63,988 nt of DNA, filler included, from Octopus bimaculoides (GCF_001194135.2; 6 parts of 4 records of this genome joined end to end with filler, not necessarily neighbours in it); one strand, 5' to 3'; shown: positions 49,141 to 61,828, counted from the first letter of the whole stretch. The notes: generated from the sequence alone by a model not told the origin. Made by a program: numbers and translations.

Positions 49141-49730
49141 CCCAATGTGTCACCCTGAGAACTGTTGGAATGCTATTACAGCAAAAGATATATATTTCAA
49201 GATAGCGCTGGCAGACGTTCAGTTTTGTTTTCTTCTTCAAAGAATACAAAATATACAAAAGGAAACAAACAAATCAATAAATAACAAGACTGAAACATTG
49301 ATTAAGATGCACTTTTATGTGTTTTTATATTTATTTCTTTTTGAAAAATTCAGAAGTAAATGGAGTAACAATTAGTGCTGCCCATAGCACTGTAATGATA
49401 TCCTAGATCCTTGAATATAAACAAGCTCAATGATTTAAATTCGGTTAATTGATTGCTAGCTTTAGGTTTCTCTTTATCTTTGTTTCCTTCACACCCACCA
49501 CCACCACCACCTCAATGTCCGTTCGGGGTTTTATTAAACTGAAATTGCTGAGTTGTTTAAGACTATCGCTTTTGTTACAATTTCAAACAAATACTTTACG
49601 ATGACATATCATTTCGCATTATTTTGTTTACAAATTCTAGTTTGAATTTAGTTGCTTATTTATTTAAAACGACATCTTTGATTAAAAGCAAACTGATAGA
49701 ATATTGCAAGAGTTAGAGAGAAGGAAAGAG

Positions 49731-49770
<40 letters not shown>

Positions 49771-50357
49771 NNNNNNNNNNNNNNNNNNNNNNNNNNNNNN
49801 NNNNNNNNNNNNNNNNNNNNNNNNNNNNNNNNNNNNNNNNNNNNNNNNNNNNNNNNNNNNNNNNNNNNNNNNNNNNNNNNNNNNNNNNNNNNNNNNNNNN
49901 NNNNNNNNNNNNNNNNNNNNNNNNNNNNNNNNNNNNNNNNNNNNNNNNNNNNNNNNNNNNNNNNNNNNNNNNNNNNNNNNNNNNNNNNNNNNNNNNNNNN
50001 NNNNNNNNNNNNNNNNNNNNNNNNNNNNNNNNNNNNNNNNNNNNNNNNNNNNNNNNNNNNNNNNNNNNNNNNNNNNNNNNNNNNNNNNNNNNNNNNNNNN
50101 NNNNNNNNNNNNNNNNNNNNNNNNNNNNNNNNNNNNNNNNNNNNNNNNNNNNNNNNNNNNNNNNNNNNNNNNNNNNNNNNNNNNNNNNNNNNNNNNNNNN
50201 NNNNATACATGCATACATACATACATACATACATACATACATACATACTGACATATGCTAGTGCATAGCCTTGCTCGTGTTTATTCACACATCAAACACA
50301 TATATATATATGAAGAGAGAGAGGGAGAGAAAGAGAGAGACAGACAGACAGACAATC

Positions 50358-50417
<60 letters not shown>

Positions 50418-50624
50418 CACACGAATATTTTGGATAAATTGTTTAAGAAACATGCTGACAATCACCAGTTGGTCCAAGAGTGTTGATTTACTTAAAATTG
50501 TTGAGTGCAATCAATTTAGAAAATCGTTCAATCTAAGCGTTCCATCAATAAAAAACGCACACAAAATTTAACAAATATAGAACCAATCTTTTTTAATTCT
50601 GAGGAGAAAAACAGCGTTTTGTAA

Positions 50625-53600
50625 TATCTCTTGCAGTGTTTGTGGATATATAATATTCTTGATCTTTCTGTCCAGAGGATATAAGACATCAAATTTCTTA
50701 TATTTCTAACTTCTGAAGAAATAAGACTTGATCATTGGTAAATATCATTGGTAAATATAAAGTGATTCCAGCAATGAGGTACAAGGCTTTGTGTTTGTAT
50801 CTTATTTATGCTCGCTTCAAATGAAAGCAGTACTGCAATCTAAGTAATTCAAACTTGAAAGGAATGGTACAACTGACGGGATCAAGGAAGTGCACAGAAT
50901 GAAAACATTATCCTCGGTATAGCCTATCAAAATCGTTGCTTCTATGTCGTATGAAAGCATTGTCTTCACCACTAAACACATCCCATTACGAATTTGAAAG
51001 GCATGCAGTTTTCCAGGAAAAATAAAGAGGAACTCTTTTTTCAATATTATCGATATATGGAATGTTGCAGAAGGAATTATTGGAATTAAGTATTCTGAGG
51101 TCGGAGATGATTAATCAAATCACATTCAAAGAGCCCAAAGAGATGTGCTTCATCGACTGTCCTCGAAGAATCAAACACTTAAAATTCATCTCATTTGTCA
51201 CCTGATTTATTGGAACTAATATAGCTTATTCTTGAATTCGTTTCTAATCATTTTAGTAGATGAATAATTGTGTATACATTTGTCACTAAATTTACATCTA
51301 GAGTTTGATTCCTTACTGTAGTAGCGAAGCGTTTTCATTAGTCTGTCTTAGCCAGTTGGGATTTGACAATTACTAATTTGAGGGAACAATTAACATATTC
51401 GTTAACGGACAACTTTCGGGTTTGTCGACAGACTTAGTTTCTCGATATGCCTCCAGGAAGAGAGATGGAGCTTTTTGGTGCGTCTTAAAATATCACAGAC
51501 AGAATTTGACGGAAAGCACGTGCAAGCAGTAATGGTATTCTACGCATTGTTTTTTTTTTTATGTCACTCTGTGTCTGATCCAGTGGTTGAAGGTCAAGTT
51601 TGTACTTTAAAAACCAACACGTTTTAGAAAAGAACTGTTTTGTTTGGATTGTTGCTAACTTTGCTAACAGATGCATCCGAGGATGCATCTGTTAGCAACA
51701 TAAGCATGTAAGCCCATATTAGCATGAAACATAAGCGTGCAACATAAGAGTATAAGCCTACATTAAATTTAACATCCGAGGGTGTTAAATCTAATGTAGG
51801 CTTAAGGAGCAGTTCTTCCATTTGTCAAAATTGTTACAGCTATCTTGGAGTGGAGGACACAGAAAGGGCAACTGTCTGTTGACTTCTGACTTTGGCTAAT
51901 ATCCAGTAGAAAAGAAAAATATTCCTCTGAATACACGAAGAAAATAATTCGGAGTTTTTTTGTACGAAATAATCACCCCATTTTATAGTAGGCACATTTA
52001 TGTTCAACTTTGACGCGATTTCTTCACATACCCATCTATTAGAATAATATCGTATGATTTTTCTCTGAAGACCTCGTTACTCATTGAGCTTTAATGTCCA
52101 TTAGGTGACAGTATGCAAAGATCATTTAAAGTTTTTCCACATATTGACTGAAAGTAGTAAGATTGACCATATCCTCTATGACATCCATTTGATTGTTGAC
52201 CCTGTAGAGAATTATCTGATATAGGGTGGCCTCTGACATAGATCCTTTGTGATTACAATAATTTCATGCTAATGCTGAAATGGTCGGTCAGGAAGCTATT
52301 CTGCTTCTATTTTAGTTCATTGTTGATTGAATGTGAAGGAAATAAATAAACCAGGGCGAAAAATTATCTGATAAATGTGAAGGCTTCTTGGGTGTATTGA
52401 AACACGTAACTTGGTTCTCCTGTGAAATATTATGCTAAAATGATAAGTTGACCTACGTTTGCTTGAATTTTTGTATGGTTCAAGGTATCACTCAGAATAC
52501 ATTTTCATCTTTCTCTGATGAAGGTAAGATTTTGACTCGATATTTGCTTACACATTCACTCCAAACTGATTGAAAAATTGATGAAGTGATGAATTTGATT
52601 TCCAGCTAATCTAGTCATTAAAAAGTCATGTGCAGATATTTTCTTTCCGTCAGATCTTTGGACTCTAAAGTTGCATCCATCTTAGTCTTTCCAAAAACAT
52701 TAGAGACTATTTCAATGAATCGTATGAACGGCGTGCTTCTGAGACTGCGATGAGGGATTGATCATGTTTCTGCAGAATGATGCCTCTTTTATACAACGCC
52801 TCTCTAACAATGGCAAACTCTCTGGAAATTAGTGCATTAAATGAAATCCATGTCCAGAGGACACTTATTCTACATGGATGATAACTTCAGTATCAGTTTC
52901 ATTCATATTGTCATGAGCCGTTCTACAACTCATTAGATATTCATTATCTTGACGTAACATTTCCCATATATATATATAAGACAGCTTTCTCTAAAACATC
53001 TGAGATATTGTTACTAAGTTAACCTGTATGTTCTCGTTTATATATATGCAAGAAATATATATGCAAGTACTTTTGATCATCATTTGGAAGTAATGAAAGT
53101 GTGCAATGATAAATTTTTCATTGTATTTTAAATGCGTGCATCCAACCTACTTCATCAAGGTCATTAGCTCAAACCGAAGTTATATAAAAGCAAGAGTTAA
53201 ATCTTCTGGCCTTCGAAAGTAAGCCATTTGGTTGTACCATATTTCCTTTCAACAAGTGTCTAAGTGGCTGTGAAAGTATTGATATGAGCTGCAATTTTAC
53301 CAAGTCATTTGAATTTGGAGACCTCCTTTGTACTTTTTTAGACCCACAAAGTGCACGTGTCAGAGACATTCCTCCAATCATGACAATTGAATTAAGTTAT
53401 CAGTCTGTTTCGTTAGATTCAGTACAACACTTTATTTAACTTGCGACTTTTCCTTTCCTGGGTTTGATTTCTAGTCCTGGCTTCTTGTTTGATGACTTGT
53501 ATGAGTTTTGGTTTTCGAATCCATACACCCGCGCCATAGAGTTCTTTTGCAATCCATTGCAAGGTTTTATTTTTAATGTTCATCTTCCGATTCAGAAACC

Positions 53601-53680
53601 TTGAAAGGTTCCACTTTTTGGGCTTAAAAAAAAGCTTTCTTTTCAGTCCCATGTTAAATGAAAAATTTTTCACCGTTTAA
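50625..53680 (-). pseudogene. Old, heavily decayed Helitron RepHel relic
   Basis: Collinear motifs on the minus strand: LCGSKKVQ..LRHLLKGN..RRFNSCFYITS (53160-53350); SEARRSYDSL..DG.NF (52650-52800); NVGQLIIL..FTGEPSYVFQYTQEA (52350-52500); GRTA (51810); PLDQTQSDI..LLARAFRQILSV (51490-51600); RNGMCLVVKTML..IEATILIG (50850-51000); SINK.Q.QSL; KIKNIIYPQTL (50630). Confidence 0.85.
51650..51804. other. Twin hairpins sharing the apex CATCC-GA-GG(A/G)TG
   Basis: Perfect 18-bp stem 51661-51698 and 25-bp stem (2 mismatches) 51753-51804. Confidence 0.92.
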
Positions 53681-54617
53681 GCATAAGCAATTCACTTTAA
53701 TGAGTACGAGGAAATAAGTGTTTTAACTAAAATATGCGAATTGTATTTAAAACCCCATTAATAATTTAATATTTGTGTTACTTATAAATATATGTATATT
53801 CATTACAAGAAATTGATTGGTGGTGAAGCGTAGAACAATCATTACTAGTGAAGTATTTCATGGGAAACATTTTTTCCTGCTACTGTGTTTAAATAAAGGT
53901 TATTCAGGCTTCCAATCAAGAATTATCCATGATTGAAAGAGAGTTCTTGTAACTGCAATCCAATCACCTTTCACGTCTAACCCAGACAATTATTAATAAT
54001 TGAAACATTTATTATTCACATTTAAGATTTTTTGAATGATAAAACCAATTTTCGTTCATAAAAAATGCCAATTCTTCATTAGAATAACAATTTCTTTCAA
54101 TAATAAGTTTACATTGTTGATTTCAATATATCCCACTGAATGTGCAAATGCCATTATGTAAAGAAGAAAACAGGAAATGATTTATGAAAGAAATGGTCCA
54201 TTTTATAGATACTAACGAAATTTCGCTGACTTCATAAAGCATTTCTCAATGCTTTAAAAATAGAGGATTGTATTGTAAAGTATCTGCAAAAAAATATTAT
54301 GGCGGTGCGACCGTAAGACCGAGTAAAAGAATAAAAGAATCAGAATATGCAAACACGCTAACACACATCATTGCAAACGCGCGTAGTAGAAATTGCTGCA
54401 AATAACAAATGTGAACCGCTTTATGGTGCTTCTTGGATCTGGAGAATATACAGGAATCAAGCGAGCCAATATTAACTTTCATTAACAAGGAATATACTTT
54501 TCGTTATAATTCTGTTTGTGCTCATTGACTGATATTATTTTCTTGGTCAATCAATTGAAAATGTTCCAGGCAAAATTCATGATTGTGACGGCACTTGGAA
54601 ATCATCTCGGATTTCTC

Positions 54618-54670
<53 letters not shown>

Positions 54671-54949
54671 CAGAGAGAGAGAAACCACGGACCGCTTAAT
54701 ATATGGATTTTCTGAGAAAGGTATTGTCTGCAATTATGTAATCTCTTAGAATATAGAGCAGCTCTGATTGGTAATGCTCCAATTTATAGGGAGGAGGATT
54801 TAAATTTGGGAAGTACCTCTTTTAGATGAAAGACCTCGAGATTTTCAGCACTACCCCCATTAAGATGATAAAGACTGGTTACATTTAGGCACTGCGTCAC
54901 ACATTCCTAAATTATCGGCCAACTATATTGCATACGTAAGTAATCCTCT

Positions 54950-55990
54950 AGCGTAAACATATTTACAGTATAAGAAATATATATACGAACTAGAAACCGT
55001 AACACCCAATAGGCTCCCACGAAATAGTATTACCAAAATATTGAAGAAAACCATCCCTTAAACACACAACGGAATAAATACCGAAGCAAACGCAATCGCC
55101 ACTCTTTAAACCTTTGAATACCACGTGGATCGTCTCCCATGCTTCACCTTACATTACCCTAAAAAGCCACATGTTTAATTTCTTCACTAACTACAAATGC
55201 AAATTAATTATCTGTTTCTAAAGTGAATTAGTAAGAATATTCTCGACGCCATTTATCTTAAAATTATGGACACCATCAGAGTAGATCAATGAAACTGGTG
55301 TACTGTTGTACTCAAGTGGTTCCATGGCATAAAAAGTTAAACCAACTTCAAATGCATTCAGTTTAATATTGTGAACTGCCCATTGATATCGAAATCGCTT
55401 TTCGTGAATGTGATGGACTTCGGTAAACAATTTACTATACTTAGCTCTCTCGACATGAAAATTGTAATGAACACCAGAAAGTCATTGTTATGCCAATTTG
55501 ATTTCTATTAGATGGTAAAGAAAGGTGGCCCACAATTCGACGTATCCACTGGAAGCTATGTCAGGCAAAGGAGGAAGGGCTCATTAAATTGATTATTCTT
55601 AATACCCATAGGAAGTAAACTTGCCTTTACATCTCAGCTTTGTGCACGCATGATGTTTCGGCAACCTCATACAATAAGAACGGCTTGACTACGGGCAAAT
55701 TTAGAAAAGACTTAGGCCTGTTCAAGATTGCTAGTTTACTAGACATTATACAAGTACTTAATGCACGAGTACCTAATGCAAGTAAATACTACCCCCAATA
55801 GGATATCAAAAAATGAGGGTGCTTATGAGCTTTAATTAGCAACCTACCCAGATTAGACACCCCTACAAATATCGTCTGAAACTCACTATCTCTTTTAAAA
55901 CATAAATATCAGAAGCTTGTAAACAAATACAACTTTAAGATTATTTATTCTCTCTTACGTAATATTGTTTTCTACAAAACACACTGGAAC
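54950..55990 (+). pseudogene. Penelope-like element RT relic with internal deletions
   Basis: YITLKSH.FNF.TN.KCKLI; NILDAI..IRVDQ*..VLKWF; IQFNIV; NTRKSLL..VKKGGPQFDVSTGSY; HKYQKLVNKYNFKIIYS..NI follow the PLE RT layout. Confidence 0.75.
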
Positions 55991-56049
55991 CAAAAAGACC
56001 ACGAAAACTGCAAAAATGAAAGCATTAGAGACACACAGTATAAACATCC

Positions 56050-56251
56050 TGGCAGAATTGTTAGCATGCTGGGCAAAATGCTTAGCGGCATTTCGTCTGC
56101 CTTTATGTTCTGAGTTCAAATGCCACCGAGGTCGACGTTGCCTTTCATCCTTTCAGGGTAGATAAAATAAGTACCAGTTTAACACTGGGGTCGATGTAAT
56201 CGACTTACCTCATCTCCCGAAATTACTGGCCTGGTGCAAAAATTTGAAACC
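56050..56251 (+). mobile_element. SINE family A (tail type 1)
   Basis: ctggcagaattgttagc...gttctgagttcaaatgcc...aaaatttgaaacc; TSD-like cagtataaacatc / caatataaacacc. Confidence 0.92.
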
Positions 56252-56904
56252 AATATAAACACCATTTTATAAGTGGATCCTTTAAAGCTGCAAAGCCTGC
56301 TGGTAGAAACCCAAAATCATATTATTGATATAGATTCCATGGATATTGAAATAAACTGTCTCATTACAGTTTACTAACTTTCAGAACTAGCATTCTGAAG
56401 TCAAGGATTACAGTGCAGCACACTTTGTACTCTATGTCAAAATGTTTGATAAATATCTTTCAAATCTTTGTAGAAACCATCTGTTTCTTTTGAGATTCCT
56501 TCATTTTGATCTCTCTCTCTTGGATATAATTCAACATGTTGACGAAGTAGCATGATTTCTTATCTGTTACTAGATCTCAGCCTAACAATGTTCTGTATTC
56601 GTTTCATTTGTCAATATTTTCACACCTAAATAAGTAACAGATGCTATATGTTGAAGTAGCAATTCTTCACAGTTTGCAAGATATACATCTAAGCTCATTC
56701 TCAATTTCTGTACACATACCTTGATACAAATCGTATGAATATTATATTATACAGATAATAAATATCTTATCAGGAATAAAAGGGGGCATATTGTATCAAA
56801 ACATTTTTCTCAGTATCAGAAATATCTATTTTAGTTTCTGCTTTGTTTGCTATTTTTTGCTATCGAACGTGAATCCCAGTAGACGTTATGAGTTATTCTT
56901 ATGA

Positions 56905-57060
56905 CTAGCTTCTGTAGGGTCCCCGTGCACTAAAGCTCATTCACAATGCGTTAGTCAGTTCAAGGCCATATTACAAGATACTTTTTCCAAAATGTCACAC
57001 AGTGTGATTGTACTTGGAACCTCGTCATTGCGAAGAGAGCTTGTTAACTAAACAGCCATA
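56905..57060 (-). mobile_element. SINE family B, very degraded
   Basis: cattcacaatgcgttagtcag..caagatactttttccaaaatgtcacacagtg resembles the reversed family B head. Confidence 0.45.
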
Positions 57061-58039
57061 GTTGGATCAATGTACAAATACTGCACTATTTCGCGAAAAC
57101 CCGGCATTATCTCAGTGGGAAAATCAAGGTTTTTTTTACCTCTAGTTTTAGATATTTTATACCTCTTCTTTTTTTGCCCTCTTGACCAATATTCTGTTAT
57201 AGTGTATCACTTATTACGATGTTTCTTATTATCGTAACCTCTATTACTGTTCAATTCAGGCATTTAATGTGTTTTTATAACTGAAAAATCACATTTTAAA
57301 ATGCTGGATTCGATTCCTATGTCATTAATGTTATTGTATAGCATTGTGGATGAAAGATTTAACTCAGCTACATTCTAGAACAAATTATCTGAAATCATAC
57401 ATAGAACACAAGTGGTTATATTAAGGACTTTCTTTCTCAAGAATATACATTTTTGTATGAAAGTTGTACATTTGTAGAATTGCATTCTAGCTACGTGTGA
57501 AAGCATTGATATTGGAATTATGACTTAAGAAAATAAGCGAATAATAATAATTATCTACTTGCATTGTGCCTAGTTTCCCTGGTATAATAATTGCTATTAG
57601 AACAACAAGAATTCTAGAAGTAGACGGTAGAAACAGTATGGCATCAGTGAAAATTTCTAATGAAAATCCCCCAACTTCATTATTCCTCCTTATAGATTTG
57701 ATAAAATAAGAACCAAATATATACGAGGTCCAATTTAATTGACTACACAAAGCATGCGCCTCTATAACAGAGAATAACTAAATGAACCACAGTTAATCAC
57801 TCCAGAAGCTAATTAGTATACGAAGAATATGATGGTCTGTATTTAAATACTCTTTTCTAATTTTACTTAAAAACTGTCTGAACTTTTGTTTCAAACACAC
57901 ACACACACACATACATACATAAATACGTACATACGCAAACACACACACACATATATAGAGACAAACAGACAGACAGACATGTATATATAATATGTATATA
58001 TATGCATATATCTATACGTATAGATACATATACACACAC

Positions 58040-58356
58040 ACATGGTAAGAAACTTGCTTCCCAACCTTGAGCAAGTGTCTTCTACAGCTTCGTGCCGACC
58101 AAAGCCTTGTGAGGGGGATTGGTAGACGGAAACTGAAAGAAATGTGTGTGTTTCTGTCTGTGTTTGTCTCCCACCATCGCTTGACAACCGGTGTTGGTAA
58201 GTTTACATCCCTGTAACTTAGCGGTTCAGCAAAAAGATATCCAATAGAATAAGTACTAGGCTAAAAAATATAATGTCTCATGGTCAATTTCTTTGAGTAA
58301 AACCCTTCAAGGCAGTGCCCCAATATGACCTCAGTCAAATGATTGAAACAAGTAAA
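58040..58356 (+). mobile_element. SINE family B
   Basis: ggtaagaaacttgcttcccaacc...gtaacttagcggttcagc...caaatgattgaaacaagtaaaa. Confidence 0.88.
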
Positions 58357-58630
58357 ATATAAAAGATATATATGTATGTATATATATATATATATATNNN
58401 NNNNNNNNNNNNNNNNNNNNNNNNNNNNNNNNNNNNNNNNNNNNNNNNNNNNNNNNNNNNNNNNNNNNNNNNNNNNNNNNNNNNNNNNNNNNNNGGTAAC
58501 AATTAGACACCTTCCATCTAATCATCTTATATTAGAAGATGTAAGATGGCTTCTTCAGTTTAGGACTCTATAGTTCAGCTTAGGTCTGTGGTATCAATAA
58601 TCTGAAAGCAATTCCAGCTATTTTCCTTTT

Positions 58631-59753
58631 GTTTATGCCAGTGGTTCCCAATCAGTGGTACGCGAGCACTTTCTGGATAGTATGCGATTTTTAGTTCTTT
58701 GCCGTTTCCAATATTCGGCCAGCATATGAATAATGCTTTCCAAATCAATCGACCAGTAATCAGTACTTTTCTAATACTGACATAACATTGGTTACCTTTT
58801 ATTCGCTCTCTGTTCAGTAATCAGCGCCGTCCGACCAATGCGCGTGACCTTGAGTATGGCGTGATGCTATGCGTGACCTTGAGGGGCACGCGCATATAAA
58901 ATGCACCTTGTACTCATTAGTAAATGACAGTTGTTTGGTTTCTGGTGCGTGTCTTTGTTTTCTTTGGGTTGGGTAGAGACTGACTGGGGCCTACCGAGGC
59001 AGGGATGCCGTTACAAGTTAATATTTACTTCACAAAAATGTTTACTGTCTTACACAAGGTAATCTGGCAACGATTTGCTACCTTCATACCCATAATTTTC
59101 TTATTGTGTATATTATTATTATTATTATTAGCATTAATATTTTTTTATATATTTCTTTATTTCTTGATTGATTATTTATTTATTTATTTACTTTTCTACA
59201 GCATTTGATAACATACCGAAGCGAAACTATGACCCTGCGTACATGGAGGAGAAGCTCTTCTGCAGTGTGTGGTCTGTATGAAGTCCCTTTCCAACGTGGC
59301 CATGAAACCCAGCCTGTTCAAACGTCATCTTGAGACGAATCACGCAGACAAGAAGAACCGAGATCAGAGTTACTTCCAGCGACTTGGCGAGAACGTAAAG
59401 CGGCAGTGCATAGACAAGACTGACCAGATCTTCCAGAAGAGGGCAAAATCGTGAAAGCATCTTATGAAGTTGCTCTCCTAGTGACCAAAAACATGAAGAC
59501 GCATACCATTTCAGAGTCTTTCGCCATGCTAGCGGTAAAGATCTTGGTCAGGTACATGATTGGAGAGGAGGCAGCGGCGAAGTTGGAGAGTGTTTCCGTC
59601 TCTAACAATACTGTACAGCGCCGTATCGAGATGTCGGTCGACATTTTCGCTCAAGTGATTGAGGGAGTGAGAGCCTCAAAGTATGGGTTTGCCATTCAAC
59701 TCGACGAATCGGTGGACGTCACCAACTGCCTGTCAACTACTTGTCTACGTCCA
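58631..59753 (+). mobile_element. Buster-type hAT transposon, left arm and 5' transposase relic
   Basis: gttTAtgc target then TIR CAGTGGTTCCCAA (58639). KRNYD..QCVVCMKSLSNVAMKPSLFKRHLETNH; ASYEVALLV.K..HTI.E; SNNTVQRRI; FAIQLDESVDV..CQLLVYV. No right end found. Confidence 0.88.
58836..58901 (+). promoter_or_regulatory. Putative internal promoter of the hAT element
   Basis: CCAAT, two gcgtgaccttgag repeats (58842, 58871), TATAAAA at 58895. Confidence 0.4.
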
Positions 59754-59756
59754 CAG

Positions 59757-59973
59757 GCTGCGGTATATAGTAAGCAGCGACATCAGTTTCTTGTATTGGG
59801 TTCGGCACATAGTAGGATGGGATGCTGGCACAGGTCGTCATTCATCGGCAGCATACTTGGGAGTAAATAAATTTGATGGTGTTGGATTACAATTGAAGTT
59901 GAGTAAGGATGGGCTGTTGTCTATTCAGGCGGCGTTGATTAAATTGAGTATTTATTATTAATACACAATAACA
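59757..59973 (+). mobile_element. Possible partial LTR (R-U5-like)
   Basis: TATA-like start, AATAAA, ends ...AATAACA; replaces the rest of the hAT. Confidence 0.25.
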
Positions 59974-59985
59974 CTNNNNNNNNNN

Positions 59986-60370
59986 GAGAAGGTTAATGAC
60001 AATGACCTTTTCGTGTGCACAGTCTGTGACAGACCATGACTGTCTTTTACTGGCCTCAAATCTCATCTGCAAATGCATGGAAAACGAATCTCCAACAATT
60101 ATTCTGCCTATATATCTGTGCACACCTTTGAATGCAGTGTATGCCAGAAGGTTTGCAAACCCAACAGAAGCCTCAAAAGACATGTTAAGATACACAAAGA
60201 GTAGAACTGATCTGCAAGTCTTGGTTGTCCATATCAGAGGTGCAATCTATGTGGGTGTCTTTTCAGAACATTGTCTGGTTTAAAAAGCCACATCAGACTA
60301 AACATCAGATAGTGTTAAGGTGTAGGTATAGGAGGTGGTCACACTCTGTATAAGGAGTAGACAACCACCA
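59986..60370 (+). pseudogene. Three degenerate C2H2 zinc fingers, probably an RTE-type LINE C-terminus plus short 3'UTR
   Basis: Frame from 59986: FVCTVCDRP*LSFTGLKSHLQMH; FECSVCQKVCKPNRSLKRHVKIH; RCNLCGCLFRTLSGLKSHIR; stop at 60310-60312; then a short UTR and (TA)n. Confidence 0.75.
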
Positions 60371-60562
60371 TATATATATANNNNNNNNNNNNNNNNNNNN
60401 NNNNNNNNNNNNNNNNNNNNNNNNTTAATTAATTAANNNNNNNNNNNNNNNNNNNNNNNNNNNNNNNNNNNNNNNNNNNNTGACAAACACAATATAAGAT
60501 ATACGAAAAATTATATCAAAATTATGTAAAGTGTGTGCATTTTCCTTATTTAATTACTTATA

Positions 60563-61828
60563 TATTAGGTTGGCAACTAAGTTCCCACCATGTTATTTAA
60601 ATTTTGGAATCTATCTTTTTCAAAAATTCTATTTTTGAATCATTTTGGAATCTATTTTGTTTTTGTTCTAGTTAATTTTTGTTTATTTTCAGATCAATAA
60701 AATGGAATGTGTAGTTTAAAAAAATGAGCATTTTTGACACCTCCTTTTTGCTTTTAATCAAAGTTCTAAGGCTGCAAAAGCTGCTTGCGGCATTTGTGCT
60801 GTGTATGGAGAGGGTGCCATAGCTGAAAGAACCGCTCGTGATTGGTGTGCCAAGTTCAAAAATAGAAATTTTGACCTCAATGACACACCTCGTTCTGGCC
60901 GTCCAGTTGAGTTCGATGGAGAGCAATTAAACCAACTTTTGCACAAACATTCTCGTCAAATGACAAGGGAACTGGCAGAGAAAATGGTGTGCTAGCACAC
61001 TGCTATAGACAAGCATCAGCATTCGATGGGAAAAGTTCAGAAGTATGGAGCATGGGTTCTGCATACTTTAAGTGACAACAACAAAAATCAACGAGCCACA
61101 ATCTCTGCTGGTTTGCTTGCTCGTCACTGCTCAACTCATGGACACAAGCAACGATTTCTTTACCAAATCATTACTGGTGATGAAAAATGGTGCCTTTACA
61201 TCAATATGAAGCAGCGTAAGGAATGGCTTAGCCCCGGTAAACAAGTGACACCGTGCATGAAACAAGACCTTCATCCGCGTAAAATGATGTTCTGCGAATG
61301 GTGGGACTGGGAAGGGATTATGCATTATGAATTGCTTGAACAGAACCAAACAGTCAATGTGGAACTCTGTGTTCAACAGATGTTTAACAGATGGAACGAC
61401 TCAACATGGTTATTCAAGAGAAAAGACCTAATCGTCAGCATGGAGTTCTTCTGCTGCACAACATCCGCCCTCATATCGCCAATATGACCAAGGAAGCCAT
61501 TCAAACGCATGGCTGGGAAGTGCTGCCACACCCACCGTACTCTCTTGATTTGGCACCAATGGATTTCCACCTCTTTCGATCTCTTTTAAATGCTATGCGC
61601 GGAGTTTTGTTCAACACTGATGCAAAATCAAGATCTCGGTTGGATCAATTTTTCAAATTGAAATTGGGTGATTTCTACCAACGAGGTATTGAAAATCTTG
61701 TTGAACATTGGGAAGAAATTGTAAGCAACAAGGGTGAATACATTATTGATTAATTAGTTGTTATTTTTTATTAAACCTCTTAAAACATTTAAATTAAAAA
61801 AACGTCGGGAACTTAGTTGCCAACCCAC
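60563..61828 (+). mobile_element. Near full-length mariner (DD34D type) with disrupted transposase (60702-61753)
   Basis: TA + TIR TTAGGTTGGCAACTAAGTTCCC and the inverse GGGAACTTAGTTGCCAACCCA; RSGRP, WVLHTL, IITGDEKW, HPPYSLDLAPMDFHLF; stops and a frameshift. Confidence 0.95.

Noticed and set aside
57487-57750. Hydrophobic 87-aa minus-strand ORF
   Set aside because: Weak splice signals and no recognisable motif; compatible with chance in AT-rich DNA.
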